64,000 bases of DNA, taken from contig CAZIDL010000002.1 of assembly GCA_964537825.1 (NCBI GenBank), positions 48,628 through 112,627 of the forward strand, read 5' to 3'. The DNA is from an uncultured Weeksellaceae bacterium (GTDB lineage Bacteria > Bacteroidota > Bacteroidia > Flavobacteriales_D > CAYVSK01). The notes below the pieces were generated by a model. That model saw nothing but the letters and a program-made list of their open reading frames with translations, had not been told where the DNA came from and did no database searches. The position numbers and the translations under genes are program-made. Within the stretch, counting starts at the first letter, position 1. Each line of letters begins with the position of its first letter. Below are positions 26,652 through 35,961 of the stretch, piece by piece.

Positions 26652-27746
26652 TCAAACATTGAAACGGAAATGGATGATGTCCCCATCCTTCACGATGTAC
26701 GCCTTCCCCTCCATCGACATCTTTCCGGCATCCTTCACCGCTTGTTCCGAACCGTAATGAAGCAGATCCTCGTACTTGATGACCTCGGCCTTGATGAAGC
26801 CGCGCTGAAAATCGGAGTGGATCACACCGGCAGCTTCAGGTGCTGTACTTCCCTGTTTCACGGTCCAGGCACGCACTTCCGGCTCACCAGCTGTGAAGAA
26901 GGTACAGAGGTCCAATAGCGCGTAGGACTCCCGGATCAGCTTATCGACCCCGGCTTCTTCGAGCCCCAGGTCGTCCAGGAACTCCTTTCGGTCGTCCGCT
27001 TCGAGTTGAGCGATCTCAGCCTCTACCCCTGCTGCTACCGTGATCACCCCGGCCCCTTCGTCCTTAACGGCCTCCTCCACCGCTTCGACCTTTTCGTTGC
27101 CCGTTGCTGCCGACCCCTCTTCCACATTGCAACAATAGAGGACCGGCTTCCGCGTAAGAAGTTGGAGTTCCTTGAGCATCTTGCTCTCCTCTTCGTTCAG
27201 ATCAACGGTCCGGGCCGACTTTCCGCTTTCCAGCGTTCCTTTGATCCGATGCAGGAGCTCCACGAGCATCTTGCTTTCCTTGCTCCCGCTCTTGGCCTCC
27301 TTCTCCGCTTTTTGCAAGCGATTCTCGACGGTTTCAAGGTCCTTGAGCTGAAGCTCAACATCGATCACTTCTTTATCCCGGACCGGGTCCACCGAACCAT
27401 CCACGTGGGCTACATTATCATTCTCAAAGCAGCGCAGAACATGAACGATCGCATCGGTCTCCCGTATATTGGCCAGGAACTGGTTGCCCAATCCCTCTCC
27501 TTCGCTCGCCCCTTGAACCAGCCCGGCGATATCGACCATTTCGATGGCGGTTGGCACCACTTTTTTCGGCTGGTAGCGTTCAGCGATCTTATCCAAGCGG
27601 GGGTCAGGCACCTCGATCACACCCACGTTCGGCTCGATCGTGCAGAAAGGGAAGTTCTCCGACTTGGCCTGATTCTCGGAGAGGCAGTTGAAAAGGGTCG
27701 ATTTACCGACGTTCGGAAGGCCAACGATGCCGCACTTCAGGGACAT
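26652..27746 (-). CDS. ychF: Ribosome-binding / redox-regulated ATPase YchF
   Basis: GIVGLPNVGKSTLFN, the DIAGLV G3 motif and a TGS-like C-terminus (HSDFQRGFIKAEV) are present. Length is 364 aa. Confidence 0.97.
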   Translation of the reverse strand: MSLKCGIVGLPNVGKSTLFNCLSENQAKSENFPFCTIEPNVGVIEVPDPRLDKIAERYQPKKVVPTAIEMVDIAGLVQGASEGEGLGNQFLANIRETDAIVHVLRCFENDNVAHVDGSVDPVRDKEVIDVELQLKDLETVENRLQKAEKEAKSGSKESKMLVELLHRIKGTLESGKSARTVDLNEEESKMLKELQLLTRKPVLYCCNVEEGSAATGNEKVEAVEEAVKDEGAGVITVAAGVEAEIAQLEADDRKEFLDDLGLEEAGVDKLIRESYALLDLCTFFTAGEPEVRAWTVKQGSTAPEAAGVIHSDFQRGFIKAEVIKYEDLLHYGSEQAVKDAGKMSMEGKAYIVKDGDIIHFRFNV

Positions 27747-27867
27747 AGGAGCTTTTTTGTTGGGGCGCGAAATTAGAGCTTCTGCGAGGATCTTGAGCGT
27801 TTTCGACCAGCGGCGTTCCGATAAGAAGCTACTTTGCTTCAGACTGGACCTATCCCCTCACCTTTTC

Positions 27868-27875
27868 TATCTTTC
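27868..27875 (+). promoter_or_regulatory. Imperfect -7 box TATCTTTC, 19 nt upstream of accC
   Basis: Seven of eight positions match TAnnTTTG. It lies in the divergent ychF/accC gap. Confidence 0.3.
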
Positions 27876-27894
27876 AGCTGCAGAAAACCGCCTT

Positions 27895-29403
27895 ATGAAG
27901 AAGATCCTGATCGCCAATCGCGGAGAGATCGCCCTCCGCATCATGCGGACTTGCAAGGAAATGAATATAGCCACGGTGGCCATCTATTCCGATGCGGACC
28001 GCAATGCTCCTTTCGTGCGCTATGCTGACGAGGCTGTTCGCATCGGACCTCCGTCCTCCAATGAATCCTATTTGCGGGGGGATGCGATCATCGAGGTATC
28101 CAAGGAGCTAGGCGTGGACGGGATCCATCCCGGTTACGGCTTTCTCTCAGAGAGCGGGGATTTCTCCCGAAAGGTGGAAAATGCCGGGATCCGCTTCATA
28201 GGACCGAAAGCTGAGTCCATCGAGGTCATGGGGAGCAAACTTGCCTCCAAAGCGGCCGTAAAGGAATACAACACCCCGTTGGTCCCCGGTACCGATGAGG
28301 CCGTGGAGGACCCTCAAGAGGCCATGCGGATCGCCAAAGAGATCGGTTTTCCGGTCCTGATCAAAGCCTCAGCCGGAGGTGGCGGAAAAGGGATGCGGAT
28401 CGTTGAAAAGGAGAAGGACCTAGAGGACCAAATGAGCCGGGCTATCAGCGAGGCAAAGAACTCGTTCGGGGACGGTTCGGTCTTCATCGAGCGCTATGTT
28501 GGGTCTCCTAAGCACATCGAAGTTCAGGTGCTCGCCGATACGCATGGGAATTATGTTCATCTTTTCGAAAGGGAATGTTCCATCCAAAGGCGGCATCAGA
28601 AGGTCATCGAAGAAGCACCTTCAGGCGTATTGACCCCTGAACTCCGGGAACAGATCGGCCAGACCGCTATCGGAGTGGCCCGATCCTGCGATTATATAGG
28701 GGCGGGAACCGTCGAATTCCTGCTCGATGAGAACAAGAACTTCTTCTTCCTGGAGATGAACACCCGCCTTCAGGTAGAACATCCGGTCACGGAGATGGTC
28801 ACAGGAGTGGACCTCGTCCGGGAACAGATCCGGATCGCGCGAGGTGAAGAACTGGGCTTCTCTCAGGATGAGCTGACCATTACGGGCCATGCGATAGAAT
28901 CCCGGGTTTATGCGGAAGATCCGGCGAACGACTTCCTCCCCGATATCGGCACCCTTATGACCTACCGTCCTGCCCAGGGTCCCGGAGTGCGTGTGGATGA
29001 CGGATTCGAGGAAGGCATGGAGATCCCGATCCACTACGATCCCATGATCGCGAAACTGGTCGTCCACGGCAAGGACCGTGACCAAGCGATCGAACGGATG
29101 GTACGGGCTTCTAAGGACCATCGGATAGCGGGCATCAAGACCACCCTTCCGTTCTGTCGCTATACCGTCCAGCACCCGAGTTTCCGGGATGCCTCCTTTG
29201 ACACCCACTTTGTGAAGGAACATTTTCAGGATCCATCTGTGCTTGAAGAAAAGGGTGAGGCCGAAGGAGAGGTCGCGGGCATCATGGCCGCCTACCTTCA
29301 CCAACAGAAGAAAAGATCCCAGGGTAATACGTGGGCACAGAGCGATGATGGAAAAATGGCCGATTGGAAACGTAGAAGGGCACGGTGGTTGCAGCGCAAT
29401 TGA
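27895..29403 (+). CDS. accC: Biotin carboxylase subunit (acetyl/acyl-CoA carboxylase)
   Basis: MKKILIANRGEIALRI is at the internal ATG; the ORF-track 5' extension is antisense to ychF. ATP-grasp motifs are present (GGGGKGMRIV, EMNTRLQVEHPVTE). There is a ~50-aa basic C-terminal extension and no BCCP domain. Confidence 0.92.
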   Translation: MKKILIANRGEIALRIMRTCKEMNIATVAIYSDADRNAPFVRYADEAVRIGPPSSNESYLRGDAIIEVSKELGVDGIHPGYGFLSESGDFSRKVENAGIRFIGPKAESIEVMGSKLASKAAVKEYNTPLVPGTDEAVEDPQEAMRIAKEIGFPVLIKASAGGGGKGMRIVEKEKDLEDQMSRAISEAKNSFGDGSVFIERYVGSPKHIEVQVLADTHGNYVHLFERECSIQRRHQKVIEEAPSGVLTPELREQIGQTAIGVARSCDYIGAGTVEFLLDENKNFFFLEMNTRLQVEHPVTEMVTGVDLVREQIRIARGEELGFSQDELTITGHAIESRVYAEDPANDFLPDIGTLMTYRPAQGPGVRVDDGFEEGMEIPIHYDPMIAKLVVHGKDRDQAIERMVRASKDHRIAGIKTTLPFCRYTVQHPSFRDASFDTHFVKEHFQDPSVLEEKGEAEGEVAGIMAAYLHQQKKRSQGNTWAQSDDGKMADWKRRRARWLQRN

Positions 29404-29453
29404 GCGAACAAAGGGTTTGAACTTTCTTCCCCCTCATTCGTAAAAAAGGAAGC

Positions 29454-30164
29454 ATGCCAAAGCTTTTTCGACATAGTTGCATCCTCATTTTAAGTATCCT
29501 CGCAGGAGGCTATTCAGGACTTCTTGCACAGTCGGGAAAAGAAGCTGCTGAAGAAAAAGATCATTATCGGAAAGCCATCTTTTTGCAAGGGGATACCCTC
29601 CCCGAATTCCGTACAGGAGCTGTTGTCGTAGGTACGGACAGTGCCCGAATGAACCCTGCCTACAAGGAACGCTACAAGGAGCTCAAACCCAAGGTCATCG
29701 AAGTCTATCCTTACGCAGAGGTCGCCGGCCTCCTACTCCAGCATTACGAGAAAAAATTGGAAGGGATCGATATGGAGGCCAGGGAAAAATTCTATATGAA
29801 AAAGGTCGAGGAAGACCTTAAAGCGGAGTTCAAAAGCGAGATAACCGACCTTAGCGTCAGTGAGGGGCGCGTACTCGTGAAATTGATAGACCGCGAGACC
29901 GGGCACAGTTCTTATGAGATCATCGAAGAGCTTAGGGGCAAATTCCCCGCTGTATTCTGGCAAGGTGTGGCCAGCGTTTTCGGACACGACCTAAAAGCCC
30001 GTTACGACCCCTTGGAGGAGGACCGCATCGTTGAAGATATCATTTTGGACATCAAGCGAGGCGAGCTCAAGGTCCCGGAGCGTCGTCCGAACAGCGAAAA
30101 GGTCCGAAAACTCCTCAAAGACCATCAGGACCGTGGAAGGTGGTGGAAGCTCAAGAACGGGTGA
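29454..30164 (+). CDS. Exported protein, DUF4294-like (unverified)
   Basis: The product has a signal peptide. The segment ..YMKKVEEDLKAEFKSEITDLSVSEGRVLVKLIDRETGHSSYEIIEELRG.. matches my recollection of DUF4294 proteins. Confidence 0.6.
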   Translation: MPKLFRHSCILILSILAGGYSGLLAQSGKEAAEEKDHYRKAIFLQGDTLPEFRTGAVVVGTDSARMNPAYKERYKELKPKVIEVYPYAEVAGLLLQHYEKKLEGIDMEAREKFYMKKVEEDLKAEFKSEITDLSVSEGRVLVKLIDRETGHSSYEIIEELRGKFPAVFWQGVASVFGHDLKARYDPLEEDRIVEDIILDIKRGELKVPERRPNSEKVRKLLKDHQDRGRWWKLKNG

Positions 30165-30205
30165 ACGGGATCATAGCTGAAATTCTTCTAGAAATAGGGT
30201 TCGCT

Positions 30206-31438
30206 TCACTGGTCCTTGGCTTTTTCACCTTGCTCCATTGCTTTCGTATCGACCACGATCTCCGAATGGAGCGTGCGATGAACGGGACATTTATCAGCGA
30301 TCTCCAATAGACGCCCCCGTTGTTCCTCGTTCAAGTCCCCTTCCATCTCGATCGAGCGAGTAAAACGGTCCAATTTTCCCTTTTTGGTCTCCATTTCCTT
30401 TCGGTCCTCGGCATAAACGTGATCGTGTGAGAGATGCACGCGAGCTTCCTTTAGATCCCAGGATTTCCGTTTGGCATACATATGAAGGGTTAGCGAAGTA
30501 CAGGACCCCAAACTCGCCATGAGCAATCGGTAAGGATCAGGCCCCATATCGTTCCCTCCGGCCTTTTCCGGCTCATCCGCAAGGAGTCGATGCCTTCCTG
30601 CAGCGATCTCCGTGGTCATGCTTTGATCCGTGGTCCGGACGGCGACCTGATGCTCGGTATTCCAATTTTCCGGGACAGGAGCCAGGTATTTCGTGACCCA
30701 GGCAGCGATCATCTTTCCGGCATAGAGCGAATCCGTTTGCTTAGAGAGAAGATGATCCGCTCCGTCCAGGGAGATAAAGCTCTTGGGATGATGGGCTGCC
30801 TCATAGATGCGCCGGGCATTATCGATCCCCACGATCCGGTCCTGGGGCGAATGCATTACCAAAACCGGTTTACGAAGTTCTGCAAGCTGACTTTCCGGAT
30901 GATGGGAACCGAGATCGTCAAGGAACTCCTTTTTGATGGTAAAGGGACGCCCTCCGATATTCACTTCGGCAGCTCCCTCCTTTTCGATGGTCTCGAGGTC
31001 CTGTTGAAAATGAGCGGTCACGTGTTCAGGATCCGCCGGAGCACCGACCGTAGCCACTGCTTGAACGCCTGGAATGCGCGATGAAGCAAGAAGGACGGCA
31101 GCACCTCCCAGGGAATGACCGACCAACAAAGAGGGGGCTTCGTAATGGGCTTCGAGGAGTTCGGATGCTTTTACAAGATCGTCCACGTTGGAAGAAAGGT
31201 GCGTTTCCGAAAAGTCCCCTTCGCTTTCCCCCAAACCGGTAAAATCGAAGCGAAGCACCGCGATCCCCTCAGCTGTCAGCCCCTTGCTCAGGTTACCCAA
31301 TCCTTTGAGGTCCTTGCTGCAGGTAAAGCAATGGGCTAAGAGAGCAAATGCCCGGGGTTCCTTATCGACTGGCCACTCCAGCCTTGCCGAGAGTTCCTGA
31401 CCGTCCTCGTTCGTGAATCGCAGCTTTTGGGTATGCAT
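30206..31438 (-). CDS. Alpha/beta hydrolase fused to an OsmC-family domain
   Basis: The nucleophile elbow GHSLGG lies in the N-terminal half, and the C-terminal half is OsmC-like (..LGSCTSLTLHMYA..CPVHRTL). I prefer the ATG at 31438 because a -7 box occupies 31459-31466. Confidence 0.85.
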   Translation of the reverse strand: MHTQKLRFTNEDGQELSARLEWPVDKEPRAFALLAHCFTCSKDLKGLGNLSKGLTAEGIAVLRFDFTGLGESEGDFSETHLSSNVDDLVKASELLEAHYEAPSLLVGHSLGGAAVLLASSRIPGVQAVATVGAPADPEHVTAHFQQDLETIEKEGAAEVNIGGRPFTIKKEFLDDLGSHHPESQLAELRKPVLVMHSPQDRIVGIDNARRIYEAAHHPKSFISLDGADHLLSKQTDSLYAGKMIAAWVTKYLAPVPENWNTEHQVAVRTTDQSMTTEIAAGRHRLLADEPEKAGGNDMGPDPYRLLMASLGSCTSLTLHMYAKRKSWDLKEARVHLSHDHVYAEDRKEMETKKGKLDRFTRSIEMEGDLNEEQRGRLLEIADKCPVHRTLHSEIVVDTKAMEQGEKAKDQ

Positions 31439-31458
31439 GTAGCTCGGTTTTGTGACAA

Positions 31459-31466
31459 CAAAGGTA
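31459..31466 (-). promoter_or_regulatory. -7 promoter box TACCTTTG, 20 nt upstream of the hydrolase/OsmC ATG
   Basis: The plus strand reads CAAAGGTA, a perfect TAnnTTTG. Confidence 0.45.
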
Positions 31467-31526
31467 AGGCGCACTTCCCTTTTCTCTCAGTTCCGGTATC
31501 CTTGTTAATTTCAATCCACCAAGCCT

Positions 31527-32015
31527 ATGCCTTACTCATTGAAATGGTCGGAGCGAGTGCTTTTCCTGACATTGGGGGTCGCTCTGATCCTCAAATTCTT
31601 TCATCCGGTCCTGGGTGTTCCGCTGGCTTTTTCTTCTTTTCTTTTCAAAGCCAGCACTCTCCTTTTCTTCTTCCTATACGTTCTATGGCCCTGGTGCACA
31701 GTACCGCCGGAAAAAAAGCAGGACCGATGGACCAGGGGGCTCCATTTTCTGGCTCCCAGTTTATGGGCATGGATCTTTTTATGGATCTTCCTTGCCCGCA
31801 ACTGGATCCCCCTCCTGGAAGCGGGACATGTCGAGCTGATCTATAGCATTCCACGTTCGCTTCTTTTCCTTTTCGTGATGGCTTGGTCCATCCATCGGAT
31901 CAATCTTGCTGATTCCGGTTCGGGTACTCGTTATTACGGGTGGATCATCGGCCGTACATTTTTGATAGGAATGCTCGGACATTTCGTAATAGGCACGATA
32001 GCGCCGGGAATCTGA
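31527..32015 (+). CDS. Integral membrane protein, function unknown
   Basis: 162 aa with four or five hydrophobic helices. I recognise no motif. Confidence 0.55.
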   Translation: MPYSLKWSERVLFLTLGVALILKFFHPVLGVPLAFSSFLFKASTLLFFFLYVLWPWCTVPPEKKQDRWTRGLHFLAPSLWAWIFLWIFLARNWIPLLEAGHVELIYSIPRSLLFLFVMAWSIHRINLADSGSGTRYYGWIIGRTFLIGMLGHFVIGTIAPGI

Positions 32016-32053
32016 TCCTTCCCGATCATTCCCTTCCAACGCTTTTGCTATTT

Positions 32054-32076
32054 TCGAAGGAAAGGGTCTCCTTCGA
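32054..32076 (+). terminator. Perfect 8-bp hairpin between the membrane-protein gene and the TlpA-like gene
   Basis: TCGAAGGA (32054-32061) pairs with TCCTTCGA (32069-32076) across a 7-nt loop. No clear U-tract follows, so its role is uncertain. It could be a terminator or a regulatory element. Confidence 0.3.
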
Positions 32077-32110
32077 TCCTCCGAGTATCTTCACCTGAAA
32101 CCTCTAGTTT

Positions 32111-33535
32111 ATGCGGATCATCAAACCCCTTAGCCTTTTGATCCTTCTCCTCACAAGCTGTGGAGGGAGCGAAAAACCTAACGATAAGGAGGACGGAAAG
32201 ACGAAGCCCTCTTTATCCTCCGGACCGGTGAAGGTCACCGGAAAATTGGCCCATTCGAAGGACAGCATCAAAAAAGCCTATTTCAAGCCCTTTTACCAAT
32301 ATTTCCAATACAAAGTCCACCTCGATAGTGCCGGACGCTTCGAAGAAAAGTTCTCCTTGCCCCGTCCCTTATATCTGACCTTCCTCCGAAAGAAGATCTT
32401 TCTAAGGCCCGGCGACAGCCTTCATATAGAAGGCGATATAAAAAATGGGGCGAAGAGTCTGAGCTTCAGTGGGGATGCAGCAAAAGAGAACGAATACTTA
32501 TTGAATAGATCTGAGGTGACGACAAGACTCTACGGGCGCTCCCCTGAAACCTTTATCAAAGGGCTTGATTCGGTCCAGAGGTTGTATAAAGAACTCCTCG
32601 ACTCCCACGAACTCTCCCGGAAATTCGTCCGAAGGGAAAAACAACGGATGAAGTGGGAAAAAGCTGTTCAGCGATTGCGATACGAGAACATCCACCACCA
32701 CTTCACGGAAAATAAGGAGGACAGCCTGGATCTTCCGGACGACTTTTATGCTCCTTTGAAAGAGCTCGAGCCAGAACCCCGGTTGGACATCTCGATCCCG
32801 GATTTCTACAACTTCCTCCGCTTCTATGCCCATCATATGGCTCAACAAAAGCAGGAACGGGACAGTACTGCTAAGGGGAAACCTATGATAACGCTCCGCA
32901 AGCAAGCGATCGATGAACGGTTCGGGAACGATACGGTCTCTACCGCCTTATTAGCTAAAAGCCTTTTCACAAAACTTCAAAGGGAAGGCATCGAGCACAC
33001 AAAGCCCCTCTTGGAAGAATTGGAAGAAAGTTCGCTCTTCCCGGACCTTACTGATTCCCTCAGAACCCGCTATGAGGCCTGGAAACCGATCGCCAAAGGA
33101 AAAGAAGCCCCTGGGTTCGCTTATCCGAACCGGGAGGGAGATACAGTATCCCTGAAAGACCTGAGGGGCAATTACGTTTACATCGATGCCTGGGCCACCT
33201 GGTGTGGTCCCTGCAAAAGAGAGATCCCACATCTTAAAGAATTGGAGGAGCAGTTCGCCGATGAGAACGTGAGCTTCGTCAGTATTTCATTGGACGAAAA
33301 AGATGATCGAGCGAAGTGGAAGAAAATGGTGAAGAAAAAGGAGCTCGAAGGCCATCAACTGATCGCTAACGGAGAAGCTTTTGGTTCCAAACTAGCGAAC
33401 GATTACCTGATCAACTCCATCCCCCGCTTCATTCTGATCAGCCCGGATGGCAAGATCATCGACAACAATGCGGAACGCCCTTCGGGAGATGCGGCGGAGC
33501 AATTGAAGGAAGTGTTGAAGGATAAAGCGGGGTAA
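32111..33535 (+). CDS. TlpA-family thiol:disulfide oxidoreductase lipoprotein with long N-terminal domain
   Basis: The lipobox is LLLTSCGG. A C-terminal thioredoxin fold carries WATWCGPCKREIPHL. Confidence 0.85.
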   Translation: MRIIKPLSLLILLLTSCGGSEKPNDKEDGKTKPSLSSGPVKVTGKLAHSKDSIKKAYFKPFYQYFQYKVHLDSAGRFEEKFSLPRPLYLTFLRKKIFLRPGDSLHIEGDIKNGAKSLSFSGDAAKENEYLLNRSEVTTRLYGRSPETFIKGLDSVQRLYKELLDSHELSRKFVRREKQRMKWEKAVQRLRYENIHHHFTENKEDSLDLPDDFYAPLKELEPEPRLDISIPDFYNFLRFYAHHMAQQKQERDSTAKGKPMITLRKQAIDERFGNDTVSTALLAKSLFTKLQREGIEHTKPLLEELEESSLFPDLTDSLRTRYEAWKPIAKGKEAPGFAYPNREGDTVSLKDLRGNYVYIDAWATWCGPCKREIPHLKELEEQFADENVSFVSISLDEKDDRAKWKKMVKKKELEGHQLIANGEAFGSKLANDYLINSIPRFILISPDGKIIDNNAERPSGDAAEQLKEVLKDKAG

Positions 33536-33827
33536 GAGGCCGCTATGCTCCCATGCTAAGGTCAAAGGGTACTTAGAGAACCAGGAGCAAAATAAGGTCA
33601 AAGCTCCAGGACCGCCTTTAGCAATGAGCTTCCCTGCTCTATCTGGAGAAGGGATCGAGGATTGAGAACATTCCGCTAGAGACCGCAGCAATAGATCTCC
33701 TCGAGATCCCAATCAAAAACCGGCCACAAGAAAGAGGGTTTTGAAAAGGCCACGATGGATGACCCTGAGCTTTTAAGCTCCACTGGGCATAGATCCCATT
33801 TAGAAACGGAAAGTTCTGGGATCGCGG

Positions 33828-35021
33828 TTAATTCTCGAAAACGCCTTTCACCTTCTGGGCCGCCTCTTCGAGAAGCACAGCGGATTCAACTTTCAGACCG
33901 GATTCCTCGATGAGCTTCTTGGCCTCTTCAGCATTGGTCCCTTGAAGCCGGACGATGATCGGCACGTCGATGTTACCGATGTTCTTGTAGGCATCCACGA
34001 CCCCTTGGGCCACGCGATCGCAACGAACGATCCCTCCGAAGATGTTGACCAGAATGGCCCGCACGTTCTCATCCCGGAGGATGATCCGAAAACCTTTTTC
34101 CACCCGCTCAGCGTCAGCAGCTCCTCCCACGTCGAGGAAGTTGGCCGGATCGCCTCCCGATAGCTTGATCATATCCATCGTGGCCATAGCCAATCCAGCG
34201 CCATTTACCATACAACCCACGTTGCCGTCAAGTTTGACGTAGTTGAGCCCTGCTTCACTCGCCTCGAGCTCCGTGGGGTCCTCTTCCGTCTTATCCCGCA
34301 TTTCAGCGTAATCCTTATGCCGATATAGGGCATCATCGTCGAGGGAGACCTTGGAATCGACCGCAAGGATCTTATCGTCGGAGGTCTTCAGGACCGGATT
34401 GATCTCAAAGAGATTGGCATCGGATCCTTCGTAGGCCTTGTAAAGGGCACTTACGAACTTCAGCATATCCTTGAACGCATCCCCTTTCAGCCCGAGATTG
34501 AAAGCGATCCGCCGGGCCTGAAAGCCCTGAAGACCCACCGCAGGATCGATGGGCTCCTTAAAGATGAGATGCGGGGTCTCCTTCGCTACACTCTCGATAT
34601 CCACCCCTCCTTCCGGAGAGTACATGATGATGTTCTGACCACTATCGCGGTCCAGGAGCACGGACATGTAGATCTCATCCGGTTCACTGTCACCCGGATA
34701 ATAGGCATCCTCCGCGACCATGATCTTGTGGACCTTCTTGCCTTCTTCCCCGGTTTGCGGAGTTACAAGGTCCATCCCAATGATCTCCCCAGCCTTTTCT
34801 TTCAATTCGTCAAGATCCTTGGCAAGCTTCACCCCCCCACCTTTGCCGCGGCCACCGGCATGGATCTGGGCTTTGAGGACGAAAACGGGCGTTCCGGTAT
34901 CCGCCTGGAGCTTCTTGCCAGCTTCGACGGCTTCGTCGACACTGCTGGCAACGATACCATCCTGGACTTTGACTCCGAATTCTTTAAGAATGGACTTCCC
35001 TTGATACTCGTGGAGATTCAT
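33828..35021 (-). CDS. sucC: Succinyl-CoA synthetase beta subunit
   Basis: MNLHEYQGKSILKEFGV, the ATP-grasp motifs and GNVGCMVNGAGLAMATMD are present. Length is 397 aa. Confidence 0.98.
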   Translation of the reverse strand: MNLHEYQGKSILKEFGVKVQDGIVASSVDEAVEAGKKLQADTGTPVFVLKAQIHAGGRGKGGGVKLAKDLDELKEKAGEIIGMDLVTPQTGEEGKKVHKIMVAEDAYYPGDSEPDEIYMSVLLDRDSGQNIIMYSPEGGVDIESVAKETPHLIFKEPIDPAVGLQGFQARRIAFNLGLKGDAFKDMLKFVSALYKAYEGSDANLFEINPVLKTSDDKILAVDSKVSLDDDALYRHKDYAEMRDKTEEDPTELEASEAGLNYVKLDGNVGCMVNGAGLAMATMDMIKLSGGDPANFLDVGGAADAERVEKGFRIILRDENVRAILVNIFGGIVRCDRVAQGVVDAYKNIGNIDVPIIVRLQGTNAEEAKKLIEESGLKVESAVLLEEAAQKVKGVFEN

Positions 35022-35043
35022 GGTCTACGTGCTTTGGCTGCTT

Positions 35044-35051
35044 CAAATGTA
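35044..35051 (-). promoter_or_regulatory. -7 promoter box TACATTTG, 22 nt upstream of sucC
   Basis: The plus strand reads CAAATGTA, a perfect TAnnTTTG. Confidence 0.5.
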
Positions 35052-35250
35052 AGCGTTTCCCGATAACGCCCAAAGAGAAAGCCAGCTCATCCCAAAGCCT
35101 GCCTCTATTTCTGCCCGACAGTATCCGAAAAGGAAGGACTATCAGGAAGATCACCGTTCTGTAAGGAAGGATGGGAACAAAAAATGAGTAAATGCCTGCC
35201 CCTATCCTTCACCAATCAAAGCGAGAAAAGGGCTCCAAGACCTTTCTTCC

Positions 35251-35258
35251 TATCTTTG
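35251..35258 (+). promoter_or_regulatory. -7 promoter box TATCTTTG, 7 nt upstream of the lolD ATG
   Basis: Perfect TAnnTTTG. Confidence 0.55.
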
Positions 35259-35265
35259 CGCTGTA

Positions 35266-35946
35266 ATGGCACCCATCGTTCAAGCTAAAGACATCCACCG
35301 TTCCTACGGCGGCCTTGAAGTGCTCAAGGGGATCGACATGTGCGTGGAAAAGGGTGCTGTGATCTCTATCGTCGGGGCATCAGGAGCCGGAAAGACCACC
35401 CTTCTTCAAGTGCTCGGAACGCTCGATCTTCCGGACAGGGGGCAGCTTTCGATCCGGAGTACGGAGATTTTGAAACTGTCTTCCAGGGAATTAGCTCGAT
35501 TCAGAAATCAGCATATCGGATTCATCTTTCAATTCCACCATCTTCTCCCGGAGTTCACTGCTTTGGAGAACGTCTGCCTCCCTGGTTTCATCGGAAAAAA
35601 AGGACGAGAAGAAGTGGAACGGAAAGCCAAGGAACTTCTCGAGCGGATGGGTATGGAAGAACGCCTCGAACACAAACCCTCCCAACTATCCGGCGGTGAA
35701 CAACAACGAGTTGCCGTGGCGAGGGCTCTGATCAACGACCCTTCCATCGTCTTCGCGGACGAACCATCGGGAAATCTGGATTCCCAGAGCTCAGAGGAAC
35801 TTCATCAGCTTTTTTTCGAGCTGCGGAAAGATTTTGGTCAGACCTTTGTGATCGCTACTCACAACGACGCATTCGCTTCGATGGCCGACCGAAAAATGCG
35901 GATGCGTGATGGCCTGATCGAACGCGAAGAAAATCCGGTACCTTAA
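35266..35946 (+). CDS. lolD: LolD-like ABC transporter ATP-binding protein
   Basis: Walker A GASGAGKTT, signature LSGGEQQRVA and Walker B IVFADEPSG are present. Length is 226 aa. Confidence 0.88.
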   Translation: MAPIVQAKDIHRSYGGLEVLKGIDMCVEKGAVISIVGASGAGKTTLLQVLGTLDLPDRGQLSIRSTEILKLSSRELARFRNQHIGFIFQFHHLLPEFTALENVCLPGFIGKKGREEVERKAKELLERMGMEERLEHKPSQLSGGEQQRVAVARALINDPSIVFADEPSGNLDSQSSEELHQLFFELRKDFGQTFVIATHNDAFASMADRKMRMRDGLIEREENPVP

Positions 35947-35961
35947 AGCAAAACTTAATAC

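Noticed and set aside
27688-27894. Long 5' extensions in the ORF track for accC, and likewise for miaA (16021), the DHOase-like gene (39650), NUDIX (40915), ribD (49179), EamA (50234), the beta-barrel gene (11377), pyrR (6002) and the hydrolase/OsmC gene (31474)
   Set aside because: The extensions run through upstream genes or antisense to them, and several begin at non-ATG codons. Internal ATGs give canonical N-termini (for example MKKILIANRGE for accC) and coincide with ATGA overlaps or -7 boxes.
33392-33712. 106-aa minus-strand ORF reaching into the TlpA/sucC gap
   Set aside because: Its 3' part is antisense to the conserved thioredoxin-fold end of the TlpA-like gene. The product has no motif and no promoter box.
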